DNA of 64,000 bases. Origin: a virus. Its lineage: Duplodnaviria; Heunggongvirae; Uroviricota; Caudoviricetes. The position numbers and the translations under genes are program-made. Positions within the stretch are counted from its first letter, which is position 1; each line of letters opens with the position of its first letter. The notes beneath the pieces are model-generated. The model was not told the DNA's origin. It did no database searches and was given only the letters and a program-made list of their open reading frames with translations. Positions 40,762 to 50,518 of this stretch are shown here, piece by piece. Where the stretch lies: positions 148,407 through 212,406 of the IMG/VR virus record IMGVR_UViG_3300038393_003162; one strand, 5' to 3'.

Positions 40762-41351
40762 TCGTTATTAAGCTCCTTGAGATTCTCCCTAAGCAGATCC
40801 TCGAATTCGGCATCGGGAATCCCGAGGTTGGCATCGCTGTTAATCATCTCCAGATCATAATCTTCCACCAATGGGGCATAACCGTTCGTCATCACGATAT
40901 TGCGGCGGATACACATTTCGTAGATGATCGTGGCACAATCCTTGCCGAAAAACTCCTCGTCTCTTCGCGGGAGCCATATCGCCCCGGCATTGTGGATCGC
41001 CCGTTCCATTTCCAAGGTCGTGTCACCCACTTCCCCATGAATGGTAATCACCGGCATCGAGGTCTTGGGAGTCTTGCAAACAGAATGAACCTTGTAGATC
41101 CACGCCATCGCCTCATCAAAGCCCCAATGACACAATTCCAAGCAAAGATGGTCAATTGTAGGGTCCTTCTGAGCGATGCGATCGAGGAAGACATCTGCCT
41201 GCCGAGGCGTCACAATCTCGACCATCATTGACCGATCATAATCAGTCAAGACAAGATCATCCAGGTAGGGGAAAAAGTTATCATTGCTATGATTGCCGAG
41301 TGGGATTACCATTTTGGATTGGTCCTTCAAACCGAATTCCGTCTCTGCCAA
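40758..41351 (-). CDS. hypothetical protein (197 aa)
   Basis: Intact ORF; start/stop overlap with the neighbour. Confidence 0.4.
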   Translation of the reverse strand: MAETEFGLKDQSKMVIPLGNHSNDNFFPYLDDLVLTDYDRSMMVEIVTPRQADVFLDRIAQKDPTIDHLCLELCHWGFDEAMAWIYKVHSVCKTPKTSMPVITIHGEVGDTTLEMERAIHNAGAIWLPRRDEEFFGKDCATIIYEMCIRRNIVMTNGYAPLVEDYDLEMINSDANLGIPDAEFEDLLRENLKELNND

Positions 41352-41701
41352 AGCCGATGAATCCTTTCGGCTTCATTGAGATTTCGCTTCACCGCATTGG
41401 ACAATGTCAAGAGACTTTGAGGTCCCTCTAATACATCCTTCTTACAGCCACGTACAAAATACGCAACAGTCGGGACGCGATTTATCCCAATAATCTTGAC
41501 GATGGCAAAATTTACTTCAAGGTCAACGTCCATATAGCCGACCCTGATCATTGGATAATTGTGCGTAAGCTGAATGAGACGGCGATACATGTATTTATCG
41601 CTAGGAGCCCAAGAAGTTGAGAAGCACAAGACCGATAAAGGAATTCCGGCGACGAAACTTGGGAAATTCCGATTGACCACTTCCCATACACTTTCCATCA
41701 C
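41327..41701 (-). CDS. thioredoxin-fold protein lacking the CxxC active site
   Basis: WAPSD where thioredoxin has WCGPC; RVPTVAYFVRG resembles the Trx cis-Pro region. Confidence 0.35.
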   Translation of the reverse strand: MMESVWEVVNRNFPSFVAGIPLSVLCFSTSWAPSDKYMYRRLIQLTHNYPMIRVGYMDVDLEVNFAIVKIIGINRVPTVAYFVRGCKKDVLEGPQSLLTLSNAVKRNLNEAERIHRLWQRRNSV

Positions 41702-41730
41702 TTAACTCCAATTGGTCAATCAAAGTGGTT

Positions 41731-41979
41731 TCAGGAGAAAGGATCTACTTTCCTTATCACTCTCTGTTGTCCACCCGGAACAACACCACGTCCCTGAGTC
41801 AATCGTATACTCCTAGCACTCTCACCGCTCGATGAAAAAACAGAGCAATTGATGGATACTTCCTTGATCTCGTGATTGTTCGCCTCAGGTACGTATTCCT
41901 TGGCAATATCCTCAAGCGAACCTGGATGTTCTTCCCAAGCCCTGGTCAAACGATCCATGACCGATCTTCGTTTTGTCAT
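41731..41979 (-). CDS. hypothetical protein (82 aa)
   Basis: Intact ORF. Confidence 0.3.
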   Translation of the reverse strand: MTKRRSVMDRLTRAWEEHPGSLEDIAKEYVPEANNHEIKEVSINCSVFSSSGESARSIRLTQGRGVVPGGQQRVIRKVDPFS

Positions 41980-42003
41980 CTTGCACCCTCCTTGGTATGA
42001 AAA

Positions 42004-43371
42004 TCAACCCAACATTCGCTCCAATGCTTCGCGAATCTGGTTGGGTCGACCCTTGCCCATACACGCCTTCATGGCGTTGCCCATAATTCGACCAAATGCA
42101 GCCTTCTTGCCGCACTTGTAATCCTTGACCGCCTGTTCGCTTTCATTGAGAACCCGCTTGATGATCTCCGTCAGGTCGCCGTCCACTTCTTCCATCAACC
42201 CGAGTTCGCGAGCATGATGAAAAACATCGTACCAACCGAAGTTGTCCCAGACCCGTTCCAGCAAGACCTTGGACTGTTGCGACGTAATCAAATCGAAGAA
42301 CCTTAATGCGACCACGTCAGCGACATGACGCGGATTGACCCGACACTGGCGGTCTGCATAGACCGGTTCCAAAGCCACGCAATCCGCATAGATATTCAAG
42401 TTCCAAGACTTGGACGGCGACTTTTCGACCTCCACAACACCAGCCGCCTTTGACGATTCATTCTTAATCGCCGATATCTTGAACCCAATACCGCTTACAT
42501 CCTTCACTGGGATATACCACAGGACCCCGTCAGCCAAATAATAGATTCTCTGGTATGTGCCGTTGACGGAGTTGACAACAACCCGATCACCTGGCTTCAG
42601 AGCCTCCTTGGTCTCGGGATGAATGGCATATACATTATTACGGATCACTGCGACCGTGTCGCCCCGCCGAGGAGCTCGCGAAACAATCCAATCTTGCGGC
42701 GATCCTACGAAGGACTCGATCGCGGTCAACTGCTCCTTCTCGTAGGTCTTGCCCCAGACGTAATCCGTATCATGAACCGGAAGGTCGTTATTCCTTACCA
42801 ACTTCGTTGCCAGGTCGCCACGACGCTCAATCAGGTCTCTCATCGTGTAATCCAGCACTTCGGCAACGACTTTGCGGAACTCATTGATTGCGTCGAATTC
42901 TTCCTCGGTAGGGGGACACTCCGAGAACGCAATCCGGTCTCGCTGAATCAAGAGGTCCAGCATGTGCGCCGGACAAACCCGGTCGCCATATTCAGGCATG
43001 TCGTCCAAGCGGAGCAAGGGGAAATAGTCGTTGATGAGGGTCTTCAATGCCAAGTGATTCCACTTCAAGACATCCGACCAGGAAAAAGGCTTGAGACCAA
43101 GATTAGCCACCCGCAATTCCGCTAACTCCACCGAATCGCCGACCTCAAAAGTCGAGTCATTCAGTGCGTTCTCATAATCCTCTTGGTCGTGACCATGAAC
43201 CACATATCCCGCTCGCTCATTCCTCGCCAAGAACCTGAAATAGGCACGACGGGCAACCCGATCAGTAGCAATCCAAGTCTTCATGGTCATCACCCTCTCA
43301 GCCCAACCAACTTGATTTCGACAAGAAAAAGTATAACAACCTTCATTGAAAATAACTAGCCCAAAACTCAT
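42004..43371 (-). CDS. large protein with C-terminal GatB/YqeY-like domain (455 aa)
   Basis: C-terminal KAAFGRIMGNAMKACMGKGRPNQIREALERML resembles the GatB/YqeY tail; N-terminal domain unassigned. Confidence 0.4.
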   Translation of the reverse strand: MSFGLVIFNEGCYTFSCRNQVGWAERVMTMKTWIATDRVARRAYFRFLARNERAGYVVHGHDQEDYENALNDSTFEVGDSVELAELRVANLGLKPFSWSDVLKWNHLALKTLINDYFPLLRLDDMPEYGDRVCPAHMLDLLIQRDRIAFSECPPTEEEFDAINEFRKVVAEVLDYTMRDLIERRGDLATKLVRNNDLPVHDTDYVWGKTYEKEQLTAIESFVGSPQDWIVSRAPRRGDTVAVIRNNVYAIHPETKEALKPGDRVVVNSVNGTYQRIYYLADGVLWYIPVKDVSGIGFKISAIKNESSKAAGVVEVEKSPSKSWNLNIYADCVALEPVYADRQCRVNPRHVADVVALRFFDLITSQQSKVLLERVWDNFGWYDVFHHARELGLMEEVDGDLTEIIKRVLNESEQAVKDYKCGKKAAFGRIMGNAMKACMGKGRPNQIREALERMLG

Positions 43372-43426
43372 GAGCCAACTATAAATAGAATTAATCGATC
43401 AATCTTAGCCCCTAAGGACAGAAGCA

Positions 43427-44287
43427 ATGTCGTTTTTAGAATTCTATAATTCAATGCAAGAAGCTCGCGAGGATTTTTACGTGGGAAAAATCCTCGTAAA
43501 CCTTCAGGAAGTCTCGAATACGACCTTCGACCTGCTCGCCGAAGCCAACAATACGATCTCCAACCCCAAAACCCTGAAGAATCTAGGAGATCCCTCCAGC
43601 ATGAAGAAGTGGCGGGCGACCTACATCGTCAATGGTAAAGAAATCACCAATTATCTCACTGCCCAGAACAAGAACGAAGCCAAGCGGATGCTGTTCGATT
43701 ACCTCAACATCGGCAGCGATCAAGCTAAAACACATGTTGTTCAGTCATCCGAATTCGCACCTGTCGATAACTGGAACGAACTCGTGAAGTTGCTCCAATA
43801 CTCCATGGTACATGACCGCAAGAAGAAAGGCAGCGACACTGAACCTTTCGGCTCGATCGACAACGCCGACTTCCACCTCATGCTCAACCTGGTCCAGAAG
43901 CATCCTAACTTCGTCCAGAAGCACCTGTCAGCGTTGCCGCAAGAACTTCAATTCTACTTCAAGAAAGCTTATAATGCCCTCGGGAGGCGTGATCTCGACA
44001 AGGATCTGAGCGGGACCAAGGGCGGCTCGTATTGGGGCAACCAAGTCAAAGACCTGGTAGGTAACTTCGGCGATAACATCAAGAAGAAGCTCGCCGCTGT
44101 CAAGACTCGCAACAGCCCAAGCCAGCCAGCACCAGAAGTGCCAGCACCGCAACAAGGCTCACTTGGTGCCGAGGATGATTTCGACGCGCCACGAACCCAA
44201 ATCTCGGGACGGTTGCCTATCGAAGACATGCCAACCCGGCAGCCTGCCCTGCCGCCGCGACAAGCACGACTGCCATTCTGGAGATGA
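43427..44287 (+). CDS. hypothetical protein with Pro-rich C-terminus (286 aa)
   Basis: Intact ORF. Confidence 0.45.
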   Translation: MSFLEFYNSMQEAREDFYVGKILVNLQEVSNTTFDLLAEANNTISNPKTLKNLGDPSSMKKWRATYIVNGKEITNYLTAQNKNEAKRMLFDYLNIGSDQAKTHVVQSSEFAPVDNWNELVKLLQYSMVHDRKKKGSDTEPFGSIDNADFHLMLNLVQKHPNFVQKHLSALPQELQFYFKKAYNALGRRDLDKDLSGTKGGSYWGNQVKDLVGNFGDNIKKKLAAVKTRNSPSQPAPEVPAPQQGSLGAEDDFDAPRTQISGRLPIEDMPTRQPALPPRQARLPFWR

Positions 44288-44970
44288 TTATGACGTTTAA
44301 GGAGTTTCTAGAGAATTGGGATATCATGGGGAGCGGGGCGACCGTCGAAGATGAGATGTTCGCCCAAGAGAAGCTCAAGGAATCTTTGCGCAAATTGGTC
44401 AAAGATCCCTATGCCTATTACAAGAAAAATCGGATATACATGGGCGACGTCAAAGACTATTTCCCCAAAGCCAATGATAAAATCGGCAGAGTTCCCGTCT
44501 TCTGGAACCCTACCATTACAAATTGTGCCGCCAGAATCAATCACGATGATTATTACGCGACCATGGATGTCGGCAAGATGGGATACAAACACCGAGGAAC
44601 TAGTGCCTCGCTCGGTGCCACGTTCATCCACGAAGTCGAACACCTACATGATCTTTTGGTCTCACAAGGCTACGAAACTAGGGACAACCAAGGACGACTT
44701 AACGAATTCACCCCACGGCTCAGGCAAATGCTCCGTCAACTCAAGGATGAGCCAAACTTCCGCATCTGGAATTACCTGGGTCGTCTGGGACGAGACCACG
44801 CAGAGAGCTACGTCGAACGATTTCTCGATGGGATGCCCGCTGATTACTATACTCCTACGCCGCAAGAAAAGGAATTCGCTGTCGATGCCGTCATCAAACG
44901 CGCCCAAGAGATCTTCGACCGGATGGAAGCCAATGGAGAATTCCCTTGGTCCAACAAGCATACTACCTGA
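44284..44970 (+). CDS. hypothetical protein (228 aa)
   Basis: ATGA overlap with the upstream gene. Confidence 0.45.
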   Translation: MIMTFKEFLENWDIMGSGATVEDEMFAQEKLKESLRKLVKDPYAYYKKNRIYMGDVKDYFPKANDKIGRVPVFWNPTITNCAARINHDDYYATMDVGKMGYKHRGTSASLGATFIHEVEHLHDLLVSQGYETRDNQGRLNEFTPRLRQMLRQLKDEPNFRIWNYLGRLGRDHAESYVERFLDGMPADYYTPTPQEKEFAVDAVIKRAQEIFDRMEANGEFPWSNKHTT

Positions 44971-45574
44971 CCTTGCCAGGTAGTATCTTCCTTTCTACCA
45001 AGAAGTCTTTCCACCCGTCATCAGTCCAGCGATTCACGATATCATACCTGTAATCGCCGCTACCGTCGCAATGAACGCATCTCTTGTTAAGACACGTGAC
45101 AGGACACGGCATCCCTTCCACCAGGACCGTGCTATCGGCTTCGGGATCAATCGCCGGATCGTAAGGGATCTCTTCAAATTTCAAATCATACTTCGGCGAC
45201 GCGCACGACGGGCATTTGCCAGTGCCGCCGCAGTTCTTGCAAACATATAGCTTGTCGAGCGACTTTCTGCAGCGAGCCGCTATCTCCTGATCCTTGGACC
45301 AAGTCCCCCACTGCAAAATGCGACCAACCTCAATCCCTCGCCCTTCTAGCTTCCTTTGACATTCCTCGCGAGACGCATACTTGCCACAACCCAAACGACG
45401 AATCATCGCGGCATCCTTCAAAGACATAACCTCTTCCAGTCTAGGATATTCTTTGAAACTGTGGATACTGTCCTCCTGTGACCGAACGAACTCTAGATCA
45501 ACAACCCAATCCGGGGTCTGTGCCTCTCGGGGGGCTGAAGGGATCGCAACTAGGAGTACAAGTGCCGCAAGCAT
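44963..45574 (-). CDS. secreted or membrane protein with DnaJ-type CxxCxGxG zinc-finger repeats
   Basis: Signal-like N-terminus; CKNCGGTGKCPSC and CVHCDGSGDY. Confidence 0.45.
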   Translation of the reverse strand: MLAALVLLVAIPSAPREAQTPDWVVDLEFVRSQEDSIHSFKEYPRLEEVMSLKDAAMIRRLGCGKYASREECQRKLEGRGIEVGRILQWGTWSKDQEIAARCRKSLDKLYVCKNCGGTGKCPSCASPKYDLKFEEIPYDPAIDPEADSTVLVEGMPCPVTCLNKRCVHCDGSGDYRYDIVNRWTDDGWKDFLVERKILPGKVR

Positions 45575-45630
45575 GTCTATGCTCCTTGCCTCAACAAAAA
45601 CACCAGATGTCGATAGAACAACATACTATT

Positions 45631-45879
45631 CTAATCAGTGACTTGCGTGGTGTCAACTGAAGTGGTCCGCGACAAGTAGGCGAGGTAGTTCTTGGCGTCG
45701 TCGGGACGGATCATGAAATAGATCTTGTCATCCCGATTCTCATCGGCTTCCTGAGGATGGGAGAAGACGGCGATGGTGCTGTCCGGTCCCACCATGAACT
45801 CGTAGATGCCCATCACGCCCCCGTAGAAGGGATGATGAGGGTGAATCTGGGTCATATCACCAGGCGCAAGACCAGCCAT
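45631..45879 (-). CDS. hypothetical protein (82 aa)
   Basis: Intact ORF. Confidence 0.3.
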   Translation of the reverse strand: MAGLAPGDMTQIHPHHPFYGGVMGIYEFMVGPDSTIAVFSHPQEADENRDDKIYFMIRPDDAKNYLAYLSRTTSVDTTQVTD

Positions 45880-45927
45880 GACGGACTCCTTCCGTGGAAT
45901 TAAGACGATAGAGTGATTTTAAATGAA

Positions 45928-46025
45928 TCGCAAGATGCCGATTCGAACGGCTGCCTCCGTCTATCTATAGCGACGGTGTGCTAGGTGACGAGGCACCCGG
46001 TTTCCACCATTACACCAAACTTGCG
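45928..46025 (-). ncRNA. expanded tRNA-like RNA (98 nt)
   Basis: T-arm AGCCG-TTCGAAT-CGGCA and acceptor CGCAAGT/TCTTGCG (6 of 7 bp); extra internal hairpin CCGTC…GACGG. Confidence 0.3.
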
Positions 46026-46026
46026 A

Positions 46027-46103
46027 TGGACTGGACGAGGAATCGAACCTCGTGCGTCTTCAAGCCTTGCAACTCGAATACTCTGCCACTGAGTTACCAG
46101 TCC
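46027..46103 (-). tRNA. tRNA (77 nt), anticodon probably GCA (Cys)
   Basis: Acceptor GGACTGG/CCAGTCC, D-arm ACTC-AGTGGCA-GAGT, T-loop TTCGATT; anticodon loop TTGCAAG by hand. Confidence 0.5.
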
Positions 46104-46110
46104 AAATTTT

Positions 46111-46584
46111 TTACTTGTCCTCAAGCAATGCGGCGATCTGCTTCGCCTTCTGCTGCTTGGTCAAGTCGCCGTTCTCGAAGAGCGTCAAAGTCGCGTACAC
46201 GCGATATTCCTGCTCGGTGCCAGTCTCCGACTCCGTCTCTTCCAGAAAGGCAAGCTTGCTGTCCAACGCCGCGATACGAGCTACCAGATCCGCCTTCTCC
46301 TTCTCGATCGACTCCTTGGAGAACGTTAAGGTCACAACCTCCAAGTGAGCCTTCGCAACACCGCAACTCATGTTATTGTCCAAATACACATAACCGGCAT
46401 TACCAGGATAACCGCTCGTCACTTTCGCAACCGTTCCCACCGGGAATCCATAGTTCGTATAGTTGGTAGTAGTAACCTGAACCGTCGACCCAACCTTGAT
46501 TGCCGTCTTCTTCTTCGCCATCTCGTCACTCCCTTTCACTTCACTATAATACTTTGGTTCGTAATACCACATGGCTCGAACCAA
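46111..46584 (-). CDS. hypothetical protein (157 aa)
   Basis: Intact ORF. Confidence 0.4.
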   Translation of the reverse strand: MVRAMWYYEPKYYSEVKGSDEMAKKKTAIKVGSTVQVTTTNYTNYGFPVGTVAKVTSGYPGNAGYVYLDNNMSCGVAKAHLEVVTLTFSKESIEKEKADLVARIAALDSKLAFLEETESETGTEQEYRVYATLTLFENGDLTKQQKAKQIAALLEDK

Positions 46585-46728
46585 TTTTCCAAACTGGAAA
46601 AATCGATCACTTATTTGATTCCTTTGTGATATTATCGGAAGATGTCGCTTGATTCTTTAATCATTCACCAACCGAATTCATCAAGCAACCAACAAGCCGC
46701 AAATGTAATAGTAGCTACCATCACAAAA

Positions 46729-47046
46729 TCACTCATTTCTCACCTCTTTAATAGGAGTGAAAATCACATTCATTTCCATATCAAGAACTGCCGCATATCG
46801 CTCAAGAGCCTTAAGACCAACCTGATGGTCCGTCGACCTCTCGATCTTGGAAACTCTCGATTGCCCACAACCCATTCGCTTCGCGACTTCAACCTGGGTC
46901 AATCCCTTGGAACAACGCAATGCCACCAACTGATTCACTACTTTACGAGCTTCAATGTATCTCTCAAGACTGAAGGCTTCGGTGTTTCCGACTGTAGCTC
47001 GTACCATGTCAACGACACTTGTATAACTCTTGCCGGTCAATTTCAT
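46729..47046 (-). CDS. XRE-family helix-turn-helix transcriptional regulator
   Basis: LTQVEVAKRMGCGQSRVSKIERS HTH. Confidence 0.6.
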   Translation of the reverse strand: MKLTGKSYTSVVDMVRATVGNTEAFSLERYIEARKVVNQLVALRCSKGLTQVEVAKRMGCGQSRVSKIERSTDHQVGLKALERYAAVLDMEMNVIFTPIKEVRNE

Positions 47047-47069
47047 TATTTTCCTGTCCCTTTTGCTTA

Positions 47070-47152
47070 TGGAGCAACGCGGATTCGAACCACGAACCTA
47101 TTTGGGGGGACCTGCCCTTTGCCAAATCGCTCTGCCGTTGAGCTACTGCCCC
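47070..47152 (-). tRNA. tRNA-like gene (83 nt) with enlarged anticodon arm (6-bp stem ATTTGG/CCAAAT around a 17-nt loop with an inner GGG…CCC hairpin)
   Basis: Acceptor GGGGCAG/TTGCTCC (GU pairs), canonical D-arm GCTC-AACGGCA-GAGC, T-arm CGTGG-TTCGAAT-CCGCG. Confidence 0.45.
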
Positions 47153-47158
47153 GTCAAT

Positions 47159-47386
47159 TTACTTATCCAAGACCAATTGATCTTCCATGATCAGGAAATG
47201 GCGCTCGTCGTAATCGCGGACGAGACACACCGTCGGCTCGGTCCCACTGGTCATGAACGACTTGACCACAACGCCCCTGCGAATCACGTCGTGAGATCGA
47301 TGCGTCCGAACCGCCTCGTTCTGATAAGCAGAGACGCCCGCGTCCGCGATCTCTTCAACCTGCTTCCGCGTAATGTACTCAACCAT
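47159..47386 (-). CDS. hypothetical protein (75 aa)
   Basis: Intact ORF. Confidence 0.3.
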   Translation of the reverse strand: MVEYITRKQVEEIADAGVSAYQNEAVRTHRSHDVIRRGVVVKSFMTSGTEPTVCLVRDYDERHFLIMEDQLVLDK

Positions 47387-47412
47387 GATCCTCGTCCTTG
47401 AGAGAGAAGCGA

Positions 47413-47826
47413 CTACTTATTCCGTTTCCCGCGAATTAAATCCAACCCATTGAGCGATTCGGTGTTGGATACATGGATCTCGATGTCGTAATCGTCGCCG
47501 AAATAGGTGTGCTTCCAAATGACCTCGTTCTCCGTTCCAACTCGGTCCAAGAAGATCCTAGGGGATTCCCAGGTATTGAAACTAACTACCGTGACCGAAT
47601 ATTCCTTGCTCTTCGGATCGGTCGAATGGATCTTGAAGGTGTCGTAGTAGCCGAAGTCGATCTTGGTGAAATTCTGGACCCGGTGATGACTGACTTGGTA
47701 CCCATCCCAGATCAAGCGACCAATCAACCCCAATGCCCCAATAACCAACATCACGAAGACAATGACGATGAGCGAGTCCCACATAGAACCCGTATTGCTC
47801 TCATGCGAACGATCTGGTTCCCACAT
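47413..47826 (-). CDS. membrane protein (137 aa)
   Basis: TM segment LIVIVFVMLVIGALGLIGRLIW. Confidence 0.4.
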   Translation of the reverse strand: MWEPDRSHESNTGSMWDSLIVIVFVMLVIGALGLIGRLIWDGYQVSHHRVQNFTKIDFGYYDTFKIHSTDPKSKEYSVTVVSFNTWESPRIFLDRVGTENEVIWKHTYFGDDYDIEIHVSNTESLNGLDLIRGKRNK

Positions 47827-47846
47827 ATCAGAGACTCCCTGTATCT

Positions 47847-48242
47847 TCAGGACTTGGGAAGGTCAACCTTGACCACGAATAGATTATCACGACCATTGAT
47901 TACGGCAGGAGGATTGTAACCTTCGATCTTCACCATGTGTTGCCCCAGATGGTATTTCATTTCCTTCTTGAAATTCTGCGGGGTGGTATATCTTCCGTGC
48001 CACTCATATTTCTTAAGGAATTCGATCCAGCCGTTGTAATCGGTCTTGGGAACCTCGATACCGTCTACAAAGCCCTCAATATACCTATTGCGTTGCCGAT
48101 AAGAATCAGATTGCTCTTTCTGCATCTTGGCTATGAGATCATATGCAGCTTGCTCTTCAGGGAAGACCGCGATGCAAAACGCTCCATCGGCATAGCCGCC
48201 AACGAAATCTATACCCACATCAATGACAGCAAAATAACTCAT
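47847..48242 (-). CDS. hypothetical protein (131 aa)
   Basis: Intact ORF. Confidence 0.4.
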   Translation of the reverse strand: MSYFAVIDVGIDFVGGYADGAFCIAVFPEEQAAYDLIAKMQKEQSDSYRQRNRYIEGFVDGIEVPKTDYNGWIEFLKKYEWHGRYTTPQNFKKEMKYHLGQHMVKIEGYNPPAVINGRDNLFVVKVDLPKS

Positions 48243-48268
48243 AATGTCTTATTCTCTCAATTGAATAA

Positions 48269-48344
48269 TCGGCGATGAGGGATTTGAACCCCCGAAATCT
48301 CCTGGATGTAAGCCAGGCGCTTTGGACCGCTAAGCTAATCGCCG
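48269..48344 (-). tRNA. tRNA-Val (anticodon UAC)
   Basis: Acceptor CGGCGAT/ATCGCCG, D-arm GCTT-AGCGGTCCA-AAGC, anticodon arm CCTGG-CTTACAT-CCAGG, T-arm GGGGG-TTCAAAT-CCCTC. Confidence 0.7.
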
Positions 48345-48354
48345 ATAATTAGGT

Positions 48355-48466
48355 CATCTTTGACGGGGATCGAACCCGCATCACCGCGTACATCCCATCC
48401 ACCGGATCGACGGGATTCTAAAAGGGCAGAGGTTAAGTCCACTAGTCCGGTTTACACTACAAAGAC
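48355..48466 (-). ncRNA. expanded tRNA-like RNA (112 nt)
   Basis: T-arm GCGGG-TTCGATC-CCCGT and acceptor GTCTTTG/CAAAGAT (one GU) separated by about 100 nt with internal hairpins. Confidence 0.3.
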
Positions 48467-48663
48467 AACCTAAAATCTTGCTGTCACTCCTCCTGCCAAT
48501 GTATCGCAGAGGATCGTCCCTCTGACGCCCGGCAACGTACGAACCAGTAAACACTTTGGGGTCAACGCTCGGTCTCAGTCCTAGGCTCGATGCAACGAGT
48601 GTAATCCCAGGAGCATGACTGTTATTGGTTTTGCATAACGACAGCAAGCAGGACCGCGAGGAT

Positions 48664-49278
48664 TCAATAACTTTTGCCTTCTATATAACGTTGGTTTCTA
48701 TATGGTCTACCCCCACCTTTACCAACATTTCTACCAGCAAAAGTCGGCAATTGCATATTACAATTACCACAAACTAATTGCAAGTTATCCAATCGCCAAT
48801 CATCAGGTTTTCCATTAATATGGTCTAAAACCAAAGGTGCCAATTGCCCCATCCATTGTTCTAATCCGCATACTTCACACTTATGCCCACGAATTGAAAT
48901 CATGCATATTTTTACAGTTTTAGCATTGCCAAAGGCAATTCCAGTTTCAACAAACTGTTGTATCCGTATATCTTGTTTATAGGCATACACACATTGAAAT
49001 CCACAGAACTTAGAATTAGAAGTGTTTTTGTCGCAGTGAAGACACTTTTTAATTCCGAACTCACCATTTACATAATTTCTAATCTTACCCTTATTGTTGA
49101 CCTCTACGGCACAAGAGCGAGAGCAAAACTGATTATGTCTTTTGTCATAGACCAAGATTCCCCGGCAACAATCGCAGTAATTGGGAGACAAATTATAATT
49201 TCGAATCCGATCGTTGCGTAATTGCCGAGCAGCCGCATTCGCCTTTTCCAATCTCTCTATTTGCTTAGGAGATAACAT
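48664..49278 (-). CDS. HNH endonuclease
   Basis: CEVCGLEQW…LDHINGKPDDWRLDNLQLVCGNCN; start moved to the internal Met so the gene does not run through the downstream tRNA (the ORF track gives 49332). Confidence 0.7.
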   Translation of the reverse strand: MLSPKQIERLEKANAAARQLRNDRIRNYNLSPNYCDCCRGILVYDKRHNQFCSRSCAVEVNNKGKIRNYVNGEFGIKKCLHCDKNTSNSKFCGFQCVYAYKQDIRIQQFVETGIAFGNAKTVKICMISIRGHKCEVCGLEQWMGQLAPLVLDHINGKPDDWRLDNLQLVCGNCNMQLPTFAGRNVGKGGGRPYRNQRYIEGKSY

Positions 49279-49305
49279 TATAATTAAAAACCTCAGTTTT
49301 TTAAG

Positions 49306-49377
49306 CACCCATGGCAGGATTTGAACCCGCAAGCAGGAGTTTTGGAGGCTCCCCGTCGTCCCAGCGACTACATGGGT
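49306..49377 (-). tRNA. tRNA (72 nt) with 9-nt anticodon loop CCTCCAAAA, anticodon probably UCC (Gly)
   Basis: Acceptor ACCCATG/CATGGGT, D-stem GTCG/CGAC, stem GGGAG/CTCCT, T-arm GCGGG-TTCAAAT-CCTGC. Confidence 0.5.
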
Positions 49378-49384
49378 AACTAAA

Positions 49385-49480
49385 CCCCTTTCGGGGTAGA
49401 GTCGATACCGGTCGAACCGATATCTCGGGGCGAAACTCTTACCTTGTCGCCAAGGCTATCCCTTCCGTCCGGAAGGAACT
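49385..49480 (-). ncRNA. tRNA-like element with T-arm-like hairpin; boundaries and fold unresolved
   Basis: GGTTCGACCGG-type T-loop on the minus strand; CTCGGT-TTTAGGA-ACCGAG and CCTTCC-GGAC-GGAAGG hairpins; could not be assembled into a cloverleaf. Confidence 0.25.
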
Positions 49481-49546
49481 CGGTCCTAAAACCGAGCGGT
49501 GCTGGATCTCCTCACGCCCAACTCCAGCGATCTTTCCATTGTATCA

Positions 49547-49819
49547 TCAAGGTCTGTACCAATTGCCCGGCTCAATCCTGAGATTGCCCATCAGGTACAT
49601 CGGCTGATTGCCGCCTTCGGGGACAAACTTCACAGCCGGTCCCTCGCACGTAAATTCATCCACAAGGTAGTCGTCCCAATACACGCCGTACTCATAGCCA
49701 CCCTTCCATTGGATGATCCGGTAAGCGTAAGTCCGAGGCGGCTTCTGAAGGGTTTCCCTTTCCGCCGCCGAAGTACACCCGAACAAACCCAACAGCAAGA
49801 AACAACTCAGCCATTTCAT
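49547..49819 (-). CDS. small secreted lipoprotein (90 aa), paralog A
   Basis: MKWLSCFLLLGLFGCTSA lipobox; paralogous to 49841..50191. Confidence 0.45.
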   Translation of the reverse strand: MKWLSCFLLLGLFGCTSAAERETLQKPPRTYAYRIIQWKGGYEYGVYWDDYLVDEFTCEGPAVKFVPEGGNQPMYLMGNLRIEPGNWYRP

Positions 49820-49840
49820 GGATTGGTCCTTATTTGCGAT

Positions 49841-50191
49841 TCACTTCAGAGTCCATCTGCCCGATTTGATCTCGATGATTCCTCCCAAGTAAATCGGCTC
49901 CGTCTCGCCAGCCGGGGTGAACATCGTCAATCCCTTGTAATTGACAAAGTCATCCGTCAGATAGTCCCCGTGCCTGATGGCAAGGTCGTTGGCACCGTAA
50001 TATTGCCGGACCCTGTACCGATAGACCTTGACAGGTTGGCGTGCCACTTGCTTCGTCTCTGCCATGGCTCTCTGGTTCTCTTCTGCAAGGCATCCAACGA
50101 AGAATGCCGAGAAAAGAATCGCCCAAACAGCCAAAGCCCAAGGATTCTCGGAACGAATCTGAGCATACATGGTCTTGATCGTCCTACGCAT
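49841..50191 (-). CDS. small secreted protein (116 aa), paralog B
   Basis: Shares YRYRVRQYYG…DYLTDDF…GG.IEIK.G.W with the adjacent gene. Confidence 0.45.
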   Translation of the reverse strand: MRRTIKTMYAQIRSENPWALAVWAILFSAFFVGCLAEENQRAMAETKQVARQPVKVYRYRVRQYYGANDLAIRHGDYLTDDFVNYKGLTMFTPAGETEPIYLGGIIEIKSGRWTLK

Positions 50192-50518
50192 GACTGATCT
50201 CTCTTCGGTTGTAAATTGCCGTCTCTTCCTTGAGCCATCGCATGGGTCTCTGGCAACGAGATCGGAAGACGCCCGAGTGTAATCAACCCCTGCGTTGGTG
50301 CAACAACAAAATCCAAGGGTCGTGCCATTTTACGGTCTTGCACTTACGACGACAAAGCAGGTGTGGATGTTCGCTAATCACCACCTCCGGGACCGATTCC
50401 CCGGCGCTCTAAGCCTTTAAGCTACACACCTATTTATTGGTAGTCCTCGCGGGACGCTTAACCCCGCATCACCGTCAGTATCGCGACGGCATCCTCAACG
50501 ATTTTAGACGATCGGACA

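Noticed and set aside
49499-50197. 232-aa plus-strand ORF
   Set aside because: Antisense to two minus-strand lipoprotein genes with signal peptides and to a tRNA-like element; mirror-frame artefact.
50380-50470. Plus-strand T-arm-like hairpin CCGGG-ACCGATT-CCCGG and GCGGG…CCCGC hairpin
   Set aside because: No acceptor-stem partner and an A54-type loop; not reportable as a tRNA. Left as unexplained local structure in the non-coding stretch 50192-50518.
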